Shown here piece after piece: positions 39,120 to 49,172 of a stretch of 64,000 nt of DNA. Position 1 is the first letter of the stretch; each line of letters begins with the position of its first letter. The notes beneath the pieces are model-generated. The model did no database searches. It saw only the letters and a list, made by a program, of their open reading frames with translations, and had not been told where the DNA came from. The stretch lies in the NCBI GenBank assembly GCA_963846575.1, contig CAWJWJ010000001.1, forward strand, positions 608,001 through 672,000, read 5' to 3'. This DNA comes from an uncultured Nitrospiraceae bacterium (GTDB taxonomy: Bacteria; Nitrospirota; Nitrospiria; Nitrospirales; Nitrospiraceae). The position numbers and the translations under genes were made by a program.

Positions 39120-39244
39120 CGTCACCGTTCGCCACTTCTCATGGCCGCTGTTTAAAACATCCTCATCCACGGGCAACCGGGAACGGTCTAGCCAACACCC
39201 TACATAGCCAGAGCCTTCATCAATGCAGCACGACTCAGCTCTGG

Positions 39245-39271
39245 GTTTCGACTTTGCACGAGCCGGCCTTA
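39245..39271 (-). promoter_or_regulatory. sigma28 (FliA)-type promoter candidate for the PilZ gene
   Basis: TAAG-N15-GTCGAAAC versus consensus TAAA-N15-GCCGATAA. Confidence 0.35.
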
Positions 39272-39759
39272 AGTGAGGGGCACAAGACTCAGCAGTGGCA
39301 TCGCACCATTCAATCGATAAAGGATGACGAATGTTCTGTCAAGAAACTCGACGGTTCTGCGCGGTAGCATGTTGGATCACACTTCCATTCTATTTTCCCC
39401 ACTAGCGGACGAGCTTGGATGGGCTGACTCTCGTTCTTCGCGCCACACCCAACAATTCAGACTCAAGCCCAGACTGCGGAGGGCTCGGACCGGGGTGTTC
39501 ATTCATCAAGTCGGGAGCAACGATTCGTCATAGAGCACATGATCCATACAGTTCCTGCAGCGATTTTTGACAGAACTAGCCACGCCCTTTCTATATTTGT
39601 CCAATCTCCTACACCGAACCCACCGATATTGCGGATGTAATAGGATTAGATTGTTTTAACGTCGCACTAACACCCCTCTAATCTCCCATTGTTATCCTCC
39701 TCCCTACATGGGCACCGCCCTCTGAGCAATGAGGGCACAATCCTAAGGAGGTAGCAGCC

Positions 39760-39939
39760 ATGACATGCGGACGATGCCAAGGATTAATGGTCGACGAATG
39801 GCGGCCAGATTTTTCCCCGGAGACGTTTGTGTGGCGGTGCATCAATTGTGGATCGATCGTAGATCCACTAATCGAACAGAATCGGCGAACGCGTCTGGCC
39901 GAGCAGTTATTTGTAGAACCAGTGGAAGTGTTGAATTGA
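39760..39939 (+). CDS. 59-aa C4 zinc-ribbon microprotein (CGRC...CINC)
   Basis: Absent from the ORF track. Perfect RBS TAAGGAGGT. MTCGRCQGLMVDEWRPDFSPETFVWRCINCGSIVDPLIEQNRRTRLAEQLFVEPVEVLN. Confidence 0.8.
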   Translation: MTCGRCQGLMVDEWRPDFSPETFVWRCINCGSIVDPLIEQNRRTRLAEQLFVEPVEVLN

Positions 39940-39941
39940 AT

Positions 39942-39983
39942 TGTCCAGCCGCGGAGCCGCCGACAGGATCCGCGGCTGGCACA
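39942..39983. terminator. hairpin between convergent genes
   Basis: CCAGCCGCGGA / TCCGCGGCTGG 11-bp stem with extensions. Confidence 0.6.
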
Positions 39984-39986
39984 AAG

Positions 39987-40760
39987 CTATATGGCGAATT
40001 CGGCCCAAAGCACGGTGTGGTCGGAGGGGTCAGCCGCGCGGCGCGGCTCCAAATCAACCTCTACGCGCTGACACTTTTGTGCCAGTGAGTTCGTGGCAAG
40101 TATGTGGTCGATGCGCCACCCTTTATTAGCAGCGAGCGCACTCGGTGCACGATAGTCGAAGAACGTGAACTGCTGGCGATCTGGATACAGTTTGCAGAAA
40201 ACATCTTCGAAGCCCCACGCAATCGTCTTCCCATAGGCATTGCGCGCGTCTTCGTGATAGCAGACATGTTTCAGATGTTTCTCCGGGCTGTGGACATCAA
40301 TGGGTCTTGGGGCCACATTCATGTCTCCACACCAGATCGCCGGCTCCTTCGGAGAGAGATGGGCCTCAAAATGCCTACGCAAGCGATCATACCAGGCCAG
40401 CTTATATTGGTATTTGGGTGAATCAATCTCAAACCCCTGCGGGACGTAGGTATTGACGATGGGAATCCCCTGAATCACAACCCGCAAGAGCCTGGCGTCT
40501 TCCAGATCACCGCCGTCATCAAACCCATACGATACCGCCTCCGGCTTCGTACGGCTAAGTACCGCAACCCCATTGTATGATTTCATCCCCCGGAACGTAA
40601 TCTCGTATCCCGAAACAGCGAGACCGGCGAGAGGGAATTCGCTGTCCTGGACTTTGGTTTCCTGCAAACAGAGAACATCAGGTCGATGGCGCTCCAGCCA
40701 ATTCAGCACGGTGGGAAGGCGCTTGCGGAGTGAGTTAACATTAAAGGTCGCGATTTTCAT
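39987..40760 (-). CDS. xthA: exodeoxyribonuclease III
   Basis: ATFNVNS, LQETK, GDMN, GWRIDH, SDH. Confidence 0.95.
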   Translation of the reverse strand: MKIATFNVNSLRKRLPTVLNWLERHRPDVLCLQETKVQDSEFPLAGLAVSGYEITFRGMKSYNGVAVLSRTKPEAVSYGFDDGGDLEDARLLRVVIQGIPIVNTYVPQGFEIDSPKYQYKLAWYDRLRRHFEAHLSPKEPAIWCGDMNVAPRPIDVHSPEKHLKHVCYHEDARNAYGKTIAWGFEDVFCKLYPDRQQFTFFDYRAPSALAANKGWRIDHILATNSLAQKCQRVEVDLEPRRAADPSDHTVLWAEFAI

Positions 40761-40814
40761 AGTCGGCAATACTACCAGAGCGTCCTCGTCGCAACAACCA
40801 CGCTCCATACCGAT

Positions 40815-40852
40815 CACGGCCCGTAATCGGAATTATCCGATTACGGGCCGTG
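40815..40852. terminator. perfect 17-bp hairpin downstream of the Lys/Ala-rich gene
   Basis: CACGGCCCGTAATCGGA-ATTA-TCCGATTACGGGCCGTG. Confidence 0.65.
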
Positions 40853-40898
40853 TGTATCGAACCTGGCAACATGATCCCCGCCGTCGCGTGAGTGGGGC

Positions 40899-41303
40899 TT
40901 AGTTCCGCATCGCATCCTTCATATCTTTATTCATCCCGTCGGCTTCCTGCACGGTGTCCGCGGCGGCACCCTTCAACTGTGCAGCTTTTGCACGGGCCGC
41001 CTCTTTTTTGGCTTTCGTCTTGGCCTTCACCTGTGCATGCTTAGCCTTCATCGCGGCTTTGGCTTGCTTCTTCTTTGCGTTGGCCTCGTCCGCCATCGCC
41101 TTCATTCCGTTTCCTGCCGACTCTTTCTTAACCGTAAGATCGTTCGTTAGCTCGCTTTTCCGGGCATTCAAATCATCGGACACGTTGCCCATGTCCTGCT
41201 TCAACTCATCCGAGAGTTTGCCAAGCCCCATGCCGTCGGCTAGAGCGAATGAACTCATGCCCACCCATGCAACCATGCTCAGAACAGCGAAGAACCTTCT
41301 CAT
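40899..41303 (-). CDS. secreted Lys/Ala-rich low-complexity protein
   Basis: RBS GGAGG, signal peptide ending ALA, helical K/A-rich body. Confidence 0.75.
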   Translation of the reverse strand: MRRFFAVLSMVAWVGMSSFALADGMGLGKLSDELKQDMGNVSDDLNARKSELTNDLTVKKESAGNGMKAMADEANAKKKQAKAAMKAKHAQVKAKTKAKKEAARAKAAQLKGAAADTVQEADGMNKDMKDAMRN

Positions 41304-41487
41304 CAACCACCCTCCCTTGTAAGTAAGATACGGCAATCGGCTCCATGCCGAAACGACGGTATGCAACACCCATCCATACGCCGAGAGGGGACATTTGCCA
41401 ATAGTTTTGCGATTTTTTTGCCGGCATGAACACCGGCGAGATGCTCGGGATTCCAGGCGTTCTCACAACCGGAACCAATGCGGGAGG

Positions 41488-42318
41488 CTAGGTGCGGATG
41501 GCGGTAAGATAGCGCCGAAGAATCGCCTGCTCGACTCGCGAGCGGCCACGGTCCGGCGCAGGAAATCGGAGCACAAGATGAATGCGCCCGGCCTCCGGGA
41601 ATTGAATGGTGATCCGCGGGTCGGGAGATGGGGCTTCCAGCAGATTTCGTTGTTCGAGCAGTTTCATCTGCCGGCCCATTTGATCCATGAAGGGAGCGCA
41701 CTCCATCCTGGCGGCTTCGAGGAGGGCATGTTCGGCCGCCTGCCAGTTCTCCGAACTGAGCAGAGGGACTGAGAGTACATATAGGCCGTACTCTTGCGAG
41801 GGACTCTCTTTGATCAAGGGGTTGGTGAACAGAAGACTGTTCGGAAAGACGACAATGCGGCCGGTATAGAGATGTGACGTCTGACCGGGACCAATCTCCA
41901 GCAGTTTTGTGGAAAAGGCATCATGGTCAAGCACGACGCCGCGGTAGAGCCCTAACTGAATACGATCACCCACTCCATAAACGCCCCCTCCTACGCGCAA
42001 CGCGGCTCCGCTCCAGCACAGAATCAGCTCTTTTGTGGCAAGAACCACGGTCGCCGCCAATGCGACAAGAGACACGGCAAACGCTTCCAGCTCATGGGCC
42101 CAGATCACCACAAGACCCACGAGGAGTCCGAGCACCATGCTGTTGCGAAAGGTGACAATCCATCGGCGCTTCGCTTCGATGGTCAGAGTCTGGTTCCGCT
42201 TGATCGAGCGAACCACGACCATTCGAACGATGAGCAGGATGAGGAGGAGCAGGACGGACTTGATGAGGTCAAAGAAGACGCTGGAACCGATGACCGGCAG
42301 CATTTCTCGCATAGGCAA
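41488..42318 (-). CDS. MscS-family mechanosensitive channel
   Basis: Three TMs, VGDRI, PNS motif. Confidence 0.88.
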   Translation of the reverse strand: MPMREMLPVIGSSVFFDLIKSVLLLLILLIVRMVVVRSIKRNQTLTIEAKRRWIVTFRNSMVLGLLVGLVVIWAHELEAFAVSLVALAATVVLATKELILCWSGAALRVGGGVYGVGDRIQLGLYRGVVLDHDAFSTKLLEIGPGQTSHLYTGRIVVFPNSLLFTNPLIKESPSQEYGLYVLSVPLLSSENWQAAEHALLEAARMECAPFMDQMGRQMKLLEQRNLLEAPSPDPRITIQFPEAGRIHLVLRFPAPDRGRSRVEQAILRRYLTAIRT

Positions 42319-42329
42319 TACTGACCGCG

Positions 42330-42800
42330 TTACTGCGACGCGGCCTCATCCTCACTGACGCGCGGGATGCATTCCTCCCGTTTCCAATCCTTAAGCCGCT
42401 TGTCTTCACCGAAGGACAGCGTATACCGGTAACAATAGAGCGGTTCGCGGTAGGGCTCCTCGGCACCGGCCAAACTTTTCCCGAAGGGAGACGGCGAGGC
42501 CGGGGCTTTCGTTCTCTTCCCGGTGGTCAAGCTACTGGGATCCCAGGGATGGACTTCCCGGTCACCCATCGGCACGCGATACGTCCAGACCGTATCTCCA
42601 CCCAGCACCGGGGTCTTGGCCGTGCTGGGCGGTCCGAGCTTTTCGGCAATATCGTCCTGAGAGAGCCTCTTGACCCCCTTGCTGAGATACTGATCACGCC
42701 ACGGCCCTCCGCAGCCGGACAATATCACAAGACAAAGCAGAAAGAAGCAGGCAGTAGACCAACCCGGGCATCTCGCTCCGCTGCTCTTGTCATCCGTCAA
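42330..42800 (-). CDS. putative lipoprotein, SmpA/BamE-like (start uncertain)
   Basis: Lipobox LSGC, LGPP..VWTY..L.F. TTG start just after the upstream stop. Confidence 0.65.
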   Translation of the reverse strand: MTDDKSSGARCPGWSTACFFLLCLVILSGCGGPWRDQYLSKGVKRLSQDDIAEKLGPPSTAKTPVLGGDTVWTYRVPMGDREVHPWDPSSLTTGKRTKAPASPSPFGKSLAGAEEPYREPLYCYRYTLSFGEDKRLKDWKREECIPRVSEDEAASQ

Positions 42801-42804
42801 CTGG

Positions 42805-43020
42805 TTACCGTTCCGAATCACGCCGCTCTCGAGTCCATCGGATTGAACAATACATCGCATAGCCCTGAGCCATCATGCCGGTAACCAGTAGTCCCAAGGC
42901 CGTCTGCAACCACACCGTACCGGGGTGCTCCAGCCCATAGATACCCAGTATAAATCCCACGGCAATGCAGACAATGCCTGCCCCACGCGCGATCAATGCA
43001 TTCGTTCGCAAATCAGTCAT
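42805..43020 (-). CDS. small two-TM membrane protein
   Basis: Two hydrophobic helices, in line with the operon. Confidence 0.65.
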   Translation of the reverse strand: MTDLRTNALIARGAGIVCIAVGFILGIYGLEHPGTVWLQTALGLLVTGMMAQGYAMYCSIRWTRERRDSER

Positions 43021-43082
43021 CGGGGGTTCACTCAGTGACAAAGCCGCTACGCTACACCGGGGCATCCCATCGGTTCAACTCA

Positions 43083-43775
43083 TCAACCCTGTTCGAGCTT
43101 CGTTTTCCCACGGATAGCATTGGCTCTTTCTTCCAGGACCCCGGCCTCTGTATCGCGCTTGAGTTTGCGCAATGCCCCGGCATAGTCGTCGAGATTCTTC
43201 ACTATATCAGGATGCTCAGGGCTCAGATGGTGTTCCCGCACCGCCAACGAGCGCCCTAATAATGTCGCCCCCGGCGCCCAGTTACCCTGAGCGAGATGCA
43301 TCGCGGCCAGGTTGCTCAATGCCAACGCCACCTCCAGATGATCCGGCCCCAGAATTTGCTCCTTGATCGCAAGCGCCCTCGTCAACAGTCGCTGGGCGTC
43401 GGCGTATTGTCCATGTTTGCGGTGCAGAACCCCAAGGTTGTTCAACATCGCGGCCACATCGAGATGGTTTTCACCATACATGTCCTGATAGATCTTGAGC
43501 GCCTCTAGGTAGAGCGGTTCTGCCTCAACAAATTTACCCTGCGCACTATAGGTTTGAGCCAGATGAGCGAGCGTCACCGCCATCCGTCGATCCTGACGGC
43601 CAAACTTCTCCGCTTTGTGGACGGCAACCGTAAAAATCTGTTCAGCCTCCCGGTATTCGCCTTGTTGCAGCGCCCAATCCCCCGCTTGCATGGCATCGTC
43701 CCACGACTGTTGTCCGCACGAGACAGTCATCAGTATGAAACACGTGAGCAGCAGGACCTGGCGTTTCGGCGTCAT
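43083..43775 (-). CDS. TPR-repeat lipoprotein (kinesin-light-chain-like repeats)
   Basis: Lipobox VSC, repeated A..LNNL...G.Y..A units. Confidence 0.88.
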   Translation of the reverse strand: MTPKRQVLLLTCFILMTVSCGQQSWDDAMQAGDWALQQGEYREAEQIFTVAVHKAEKFGRQDRRMAVTLAHLAQTYSAQGKFVEAEPLYLEALKIYQDMYGENHLDVAAMLNNLGVLHRKHGQYADAQRLLTRALAIKEQILGPDHLEVALALSNLAAMHLAQGNWAPGATLLGRSLAVREHHLSPEHPDIVKNLDDYAGALRKLKRDTEAGVLEERANAIRGKTKLEQG

Positions 43776-45181
43776 GATCGGTTCATCTGCTCGACGATGG
43801 ATTCGGCCGGATAGGTCACAATTTCCGCCAACGTCGGGTGATAGTGCGGGATGCGGAGCAGGTCCTGAGCGGTTCCGTGGAAATACATCACGGCGAGGAG
43901 TTCATGGATCAGTTCCGACGCATGCGGGCCGACGATGTGTGCGCCCAGCAAGGCTCCGGTATCCGAACGACACAGGAGCTTCACGAACCCATGCACAGCC
44001 CCCATGACCATCGCTTTCCCATGGTCAGCGAACGGGTAGGAGGCGGTCAGGTATGGGACACCCTGGCCTCGGCATTGCCGTTCGCTCAGCCCGGCAACCG
44101 CAACCTGCGGTTCGGTGAACACCGCCTCGGCATCCAGGCGATGATCCACCACTCGCGCGGGGTCATTCGGGTGAGTCGCATTGAATGCTGCGATTTCACC
44201 CTGCTGGATCGCCAGATGCACGATCGGGGTGAGATCATTCACATCGCCCACTGCAAATATGTGAGACTGGGAGGTCCGCATGTCCGGAGTGACCGTCAAT
44301 CGACCGTCAACCACGGTCACTCCCGCCGCCTCAAGGCCCAAACCCTGCAGGTTGGGGCGACGGCCGAGGGCTTGAAGTATATACTCACCGGAGCGTGCCT
44401 GCAGGGCACCGCGCTGCATATAGTGCACCGTTTTTTCTGACGGTGCGGCCGTCACGCGCTTGAACGACACATTGGTCACCACCTCGATCCCCTCCTCGCG
44501 AAACGAGGCCTCCAGCGCCCGGCCGACATCCTCGTCCATATCGGACAACAATGTTGCACTCCGTTGAAGGATGGTCACCTTAGTCCCGATGCGGCCGAAA
44601 AATTGTCCCAGTTCGACAGCCACCGGACCGCCGCCCAATACCAGCAGCGAGTGGGGCGCCTGACGGAGATCGAGAATTGAGTCACTGGTCAGGCAGGCGG
44701 ACGCGTCTAACCCGGGAATCGCTGGGTCTCTGGCGGTCGACCCGGTGGCAATCACGAATGTGTGGCCGTGTATCCGAACGTCTCCGGCAAGGATGTCGTG
44801 GGGGGAAACGAATTCTGCGCGCGACTCGTACAGCGTGAACCCTGGATCGCGCAACGCGGCGACGCGATAGTCCGCAAACTCCTGCACTAACCGGTTTTTG
44901 CGATCGACGATGGCCGACAGGTCAGCACGGGCCGTGACGGGGACAATCCCGAACTCGCGCGCCCGCTTCATCATCGCCATGATTTCGGACGATTGAAGAA
45001 ACGTCTTCGTCGGCATGCAGCCGCGCAAGATACAGAGGCCACCCAGGGGACCATGATCGACGATGGCCACATCGGCGCCCGCATCGCGCGCCGTTCGTGC
45101 AGCCGCATAGCCGGCAGAGCCTCCGCCGATAATGACAACGTCGTGTCGACGTTCGGTCATGTGAGCTAGTTGTCGTGACAT
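43772..45181 (-). CDS. dihydrolipoyl-dehydrogenase-family flavoprotein disulfide reductase
   Basis: GGGSAG, GGLCILRGCMP.K, GGG.VAVE, GD, HPTLAE. Confidence 0.9.
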   Translation of the reverse strand: MSRQLAHMTERRHDVVIIGGGSAGYAAARTARDAGADVAIVDHGPLGGLCILRGCMPTKTFLQSSEIMAMMKRAREFGIVPVTARADLSAIVDRKNRLVQEFADYRVAALRDPGFTLYESRAEFVSPHDILAGDVRIHGHTFVIATGSTARDPAIPGLDASACLTSDSILDLRQAPHSLLVLGGGPVAVELGQFFGRIGTKVTILQRSATLLSDMDEDVGRALEASFREEGIEVVTNVSFKRVTAAPSEKTVHYMQRGALQARSGEYILQALGRRPNLQGLGLEAAGVTVVDGRLTVTPDMRTSQSHIFAVGDVNDLTPIVHLAIQQGEIAAFNATHPNDPARVVDHRLDAEAVFTEPQVAVAGLSERQCRGQGVPYLTASYPFADHGKAMVMGAVHGFVKLLCRSDTGALLGAHIVGPHASELIHELLAVMYFHGTAQDLLRIPHYHPTLAEIVTYPAESIVEQMNRS

Positions 45182-45228
45182 GCCGTGAACGATTATATTG
45201 CGCAGCGGATGAATTGTAAGGATACACT

Positions 45229-45447
45229 ATGATCAAACCCGGTCGCTATCGTCACTATAAGGGGAAGGATTATGAAGTGCTCGGGGTGGCGAGACACTCT
45301 GAAAACGAGGAGGAATACGTCGTGTATCGCCAACTCTACGGAGAAGGCGGCCTCTGGATCAGGCCGATGGGAATGTTTCTGGAATCGGTGTCGGTCGAGG
45401 GGGTGGTGATGCCCCGGTTTCGGCGACTAGAGGAAGGTCCAGTGTGA
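45229..45447 (+). CDS. DUF1653 family protein
   Basis: GRYRHYKG..YEV...ARHSE..VVYR.LYG..WIRP..MF. Confidence 0.9.
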   Translation: MIKPGRYRHYKGKDYEVLGVARHSENEEEYVVYRQLYGEGGLWIRPMGMFLESVSVEGVVMPRFRRLEEGPV

Positions 45448-45900
45448 GAAAGTGGCGGCCTGCCCCACGCAGCGCCCCGCGCGGTCACTGACGCTCCAGA
45501 CGATTGCGTTTTCGATCAGGAACCGACGCCCGCTGGTAGAGATTCTGACTCCCCGGTAGTTATCCAGGTAGCCTCGCGTGCGGGCACGCTCAAGCATCCA
45601 TTCCCGCTCTGCGCGGTTGACGGCCTCCGCCGTCAGGCGGGAGGGCGTCCGCAACAGATCCTCCCACGTCGTCTCCCAGAGCGTGAGTGCGAGATGCGTA
45701 CCGTAATTCAGCATCGGGTCGGCTTCAATCCCATGCGACACGACGACGAAGGGTGCCAAAAACAATGCGTGTGCCTGTTCGTCAGGCCCTCCGACCCGCT
45801 GAAGCAAATCTCGCCCCAGCCATTGGCGATAACTGTCCAGCAGCAGTTGGGACCATTCGACGACCGACGGCTGACTCCACACCTGGTTTGGATCGTCCAT
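45427..45900 (-). CDS. stand-alone MEKHLA-domain protein
   Basis: PFVVVSH, PSRLTAE, Y.GVRIS..GRRF.I, GQAATF. Confidence 0.9.
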   Translation of the reverse strand: MDDPNQVWSQPSVVEWSQLLLDSYRQWLGRDLLQRVGGPDEQAHALFLAPFVVVSHGIEADPMLNYGTHLALTLWETTWEDLLRTPSRLTAEAVNRAEREWMLERARTRGYLDNYRGVRISTSGRRFLIENAIVWSVSDRAGRCVGQAATFSHWTFL

Positions 45901-46014
45901 CGCCCCTCCCCGGACTACATCGGGAGTTGGTGGGGTACATACGACTCTAGAATCCGGGAGTCTCCCGATGCTGTTCCGTGGTTAACACGCTTGCATTCCC
46001 GATGCAACGCACGA

Positions 46015-46566
46015 CTATGAAGTGCTCTTTCGTAATTGGCGCACAAACAGTGCCTTGCCCTCCGATCCCAGCAACGTCATCAGCAGGTCGCCGCGTCGTA
46101 CAGCAGTTCGATGGGCGTCTCGCTCGAAGTCTCGGGTCGCAATCTGACAAGACCATATTTCTTTGGGTTCGTCGTGCCCTGTCGCCTTGAGAATGACGCG
46201 GCCGCTCCGGCGGACTTCGTACGTCATGTCCATTGGCACCGTCTGAAGCACCTTGCCCGGACTGTCCTGAATCGGCCGCCTTGAGTGGGCCGATTTTGCG
46301 CCCCCATGAGTCGTATACTGAAAAACTTGATGCGGAAACAGATAGGGAGCCCGGGGATTTCGGAAACGATAGGGTGAATCGAACGTCACCAGTTCCCAGT
46401 CGCCAGCCAGGTCCCGGCCCACGCAAGTCCGGGCGTATCCGACCTGAAGGGCTGTTCCAGCTTTCATGAGGGACTTGTGAACGGGGTGATCGGTAGCCTC
46501 CGCAGGGCACCAGGCTGTAACAGCCCCCAAACCGATGATGAGGAGTGCAGCTATCCAGCGTGTCAT
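46015..46566 (-). CDS. secreted hypothetical protein
   Basis: RBS AGGAGG, signal peptide ending AEA. Confidence 0.75.
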   Translation of the reverse strand: MTRWIAALLIIGLGAVTAWCPAEATDHPVHKSLMKAGTALQVGYARTCVGRDLAGDWELVTFDSPYRFRNPRAPYLFPHQVFQYTTHGGAKSAHSRRPIQDSPGKVLQTVPMDMTYEVRRSGRVILKATGHDEPKEIWSCQIATRDFERDAHRTAVRRGDLLMTLLGSEGKALFVRQLRKSTS

Positions 46567-46664
46567 AGGGATCCTCCTGCTGAGAGACAATTCCTCTCCT
46601 GCCTGTTCTCGCTTCATCAAGACAAGCCTAGCAGAGGATTGGACGTCGCCAGAAACCCGTAATA

Positions 46665-46898
46665 TTAAGGGTCTTTCCGTACGTCTGCGGCCGGGGACGG
46701 GGCGGGTAAAGACTTGGGGGCTCGCGGCAACACCCGGTATTCGATCAGCCGGCAGGTACAAAAGGAAACCTGCCGCCATTCTGCGGTGATCTTGACGATA
46801 GCCGATCCGCAGATCGAACAACCCAGCGCTCGAGGATCGCGCTTGATGGTCCATCGGGGAATCGTGATACGTTCGCTGTCGAGTGGTTCCTGTTCCAT
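46665..46898 (-). CDS. possible small Cys-cluster protein (CSIC...CTC)
   Basis: TAAGG RBS. Fills the intergenic gap divergent from leuC. Confidence 0.45.
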   Translation of the reverse strand: MEQEPLDSERITIPRWTIKRDPRALGCSICGSAIVKITAEWRQVSFCTCRLIEYRVLPRAPKSLPAPSPAADVRKDP

Positions 46899-47053
46899 GG
46901 AGACCTTATCGGTCCCGGGTTTTAAAATCTGAAGAGGAATGTGTCGGCCACCCTTTACCCTTGATGCGGCAGGCCTGGTCGCATATATAATGGTCCCGCA
47001 TTATATCGAGCCATCGTCATTAAAGACGGCTCGGCCTAGAAGGAGTGACGGCC

Positions 47054-48457
47054 ATGGGTCCACAGACATTGTTCGATAGAATTTGGGATGAACACGTGGT
47101 TCGGGCAGAACCTGACGGTACCACGTTACTGTACATTGATCGCCATTTGGTTCATGAAGTCACATCTCCTCAAGCCTTTGAAGGACTGACTGTCGCGGGG
47201 CGAGTGCCCCGTAGGCCGGGCGCTGCGCTTGCCGTGCCCGACCATAACGTCCCGACGACCGACCGAGGATTGGCCATTGCCGACCCTGTCAGCGCGAAAC
47301 AAATTCAAACGCTGCAGGATAATTGTGCCGCCTTTGGGATTACCTTCTTCGGTATGAATGATATTCGGCAAGGGGTCGTTCATATCATCGGCCCTGAACA
47401 GGGGTTCACCTTGCCAGGCATGACCATTGTCTGCGGGGATTCCCATACCTCGACCCATGGCGCCTTTGGCGCGCTCGCATTTGGAATCGGGACCAGCGAA
47501 GTCGAACATGTCCTGGCCACCCAATGTTTAGTCCAAAAACGCCCCAGAACCATGGAAGTCCGGGTCGAGGGACACTTGTCGCCCCGTTGCTCGGCAAAAG
47601 ACGTGATTTTGGCCATTATCGGCAAGATCGGCACGGCCGGTGGAACGGGCTACGTCATCGAATACACCGGTTCGACGATTCGTGGACTCAGCATGGAAGG
47701 CCGGATGACCCTCTGCAACATGTCGATCGAGGCCGGAGCCCGGGCCGGCATGGTCGCGCCGGACGACACAACGATCGCCTACATTCAAGGACGTCCCATG
47801 GCCCCGAAGGGCGCCCTCTGGGAGCAGGCGGTCAACGCCTGGCGACAACTCAAGACCGATCCTGGCGCACGATACGATGCCGTGGTGGAGTTGCAAGCTG
47901 AAACCATCGCGCCGCAAGTCACCTGGGGTACGAGTCCGGGGATGGTCACCGGTGTGGACGGCAATGTGCCGGATCCCCGCACCATGGATGATCAGAAACT
48001 CCGCGAGGCCACTGAGCGGGCTCTCTCCTACATGGCATTGGCGCCCGGCATGCCGATACGAGACATCAAGATCGATAGAGTGTTCATCGGGTCCTGCACG
48101 AATGCCCGGATCGAAGATCTTCGGCTCGCAGCCTCCTTCGCCAAGGGCAAAAAGGTGGCCGGGAGCGTGCACGCAATGGTGGTGCCCGGGTCGGGTCTCG
48201 TTAAACAACAGGCTGAACAAGAAGGACTCGATCGAATTTTCAAAGACTCGGGATTCGAATGGCGGGAAGCCGGATGCAGCATGTGCCTGGCCATGAATGC
48301 CGACGTGCTGAAACCGGGAGAACGCTGCGCCTCGACCAGCAATCGAAATTTTGAGGGACGCCAGGGAGCTGGCGGGAGAACGCACCTCGTGTCCCCTGCC
48401 ATGGCGGTGGCTGCCGCCATTGAAGGTCATTTCGTGGATATCCGTCATTGGTCATGA
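47054..48457 (+). CDS. leuC: 3-isopropylmalate dehydratase large subunit
   Basis: [38 protein letters not shown]. Confidence 0.97.
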   Translation: MGPQTLFDRIWDEHVVRAEPDGTTLLYIDRHLVHEVTSPQAFEGLTVAGRVPRRPGAALAVPDHNVPTTDRGLAIADPVSAKQIQTLQDNCAAFGITFFGMNDIRQGVVHIIGPEQGFTLPGMTIVCGDSHTSTHGAFGALAFGIGTSEVEHVLATQCLVQKRPRTMEVRVEGHLSPRCSAKDVILAIIGKIGTAGGTGYVIEYTGSTIRGLSMEGRMTLCNMSIEAGARAGMVAPDDTTIAYIQGRPMAPKGALWEQAVNAWRQLKTDPGARYDAVVELQAETIAPQVTWGTSPGMVTGVDGNVPDPRTMDDQKLREATERALSYMALAPGMPIRDIKIDRVFIGSCTNARIEDLRLAASFAKGKKVAGSVHAMVVPGSGLVKQQAEQEGLDRIFKDSGFEWREAGCSMCLAMNADVLKPGERCASTSNRNFEGRQGAGGRTHLVSPAMAVAAAIEGHFVDIRHWS

Positions 48458-48535
48458 CGCCGGGGTCTCCCTGGTCCATGGCACGCGATTCAGTACAGTC
48501 ATGTCACGCAGGAAGCATGAGAGGATGAACAAGGG

Positions 48536-49156
48536 ATGAATGCGTTCACCATTCTTACCGGCTTGGTTGCGCCGCTGGACCGGCCGAATGTCGATACCGA
48601 TCAGATTATTCCGAAACAGTTTTTAAAGACGATCAAGCGGACAGGTCTGCGAGAAGGTCTATTCTATGATTGGCGGCGGCGGAAGGATGGCTCCCAGGAT
48701 CCGGCTTTCTTCCTGAACCAACCCCGTTACCAGCGGGCTACCATTTTGTTGGCGAGGGAAAACTTCGGCTGTGGATCATCGCGGGAACACGCTCCATGGG
48801 CCTTGCTGGATCAGGGCTTTCGATGCGTGCTCGCCCCTTCCTTCGCGGACATTTTCTATAATAATTGCTTTCAAAACGGCATGCTGCCCGTCGTGCTGAA
48901 GGCAGGTGAAATCCAGGCGCTGTTCAACGCGGTGGAGGCCCGGGAAGGGTATGAACTCACAGTGGACCTTGCTGCCCAACGCGTTACCACGCCGGAAGGC
49001 ACCGCGTATCACTTTGACATCGACCTTTTTCGGAAAGACTGCCTGTACCGCGGGTTGGACGCAATCGGTCTCACGCTTCAGCAGACCGATCAAATCAAAC
49101 TGTACGAAACGCGCCGTCGCACGCAAGCCCCTTGGCTATTTCAGGATGTGACGTAG
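48536..49156 (+). CDS. leuD: 3-isopropylmalate dehydratase small subunit
   Basis: [24 protein letters not shown]. Confidence 0.97.
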   Translation: MNAFTILTGLVAPLDRPNVDTDQIIPKQFLKTIKRTGLREGLFYDWRRRKDGSQDPAFFLNQPRYQRATILLARENFGCGSSREHAPWALLDQGFRCVLAPSFADIFYNNCFQNGMLPVVLKAGEIQALFNAVEAREGYELTVDLAAQRVTTPEGTAYHFDIDLFRKDCLYRGLDAIGLTLQQTDQIKLYETRRRTQAPWLFQDVT

Positions 49157-49172
49157 CCGAGGGGACCGCACG

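Noticed and set aside
43772..45181. Mercuric reductase MerA
   Set aside because: No C-terminal Cys-Cys pair, no N-terminal metal-binding domain and no mer genes. It has the HPT..E motif of Lpd-like enzymes.
47528..48448. Long antisense ORFs (also 17211-18299, 55313-56332 and others)
   Set aside because: They are shadows of real genes caused by GC-rich codon bias and carry no motifs.
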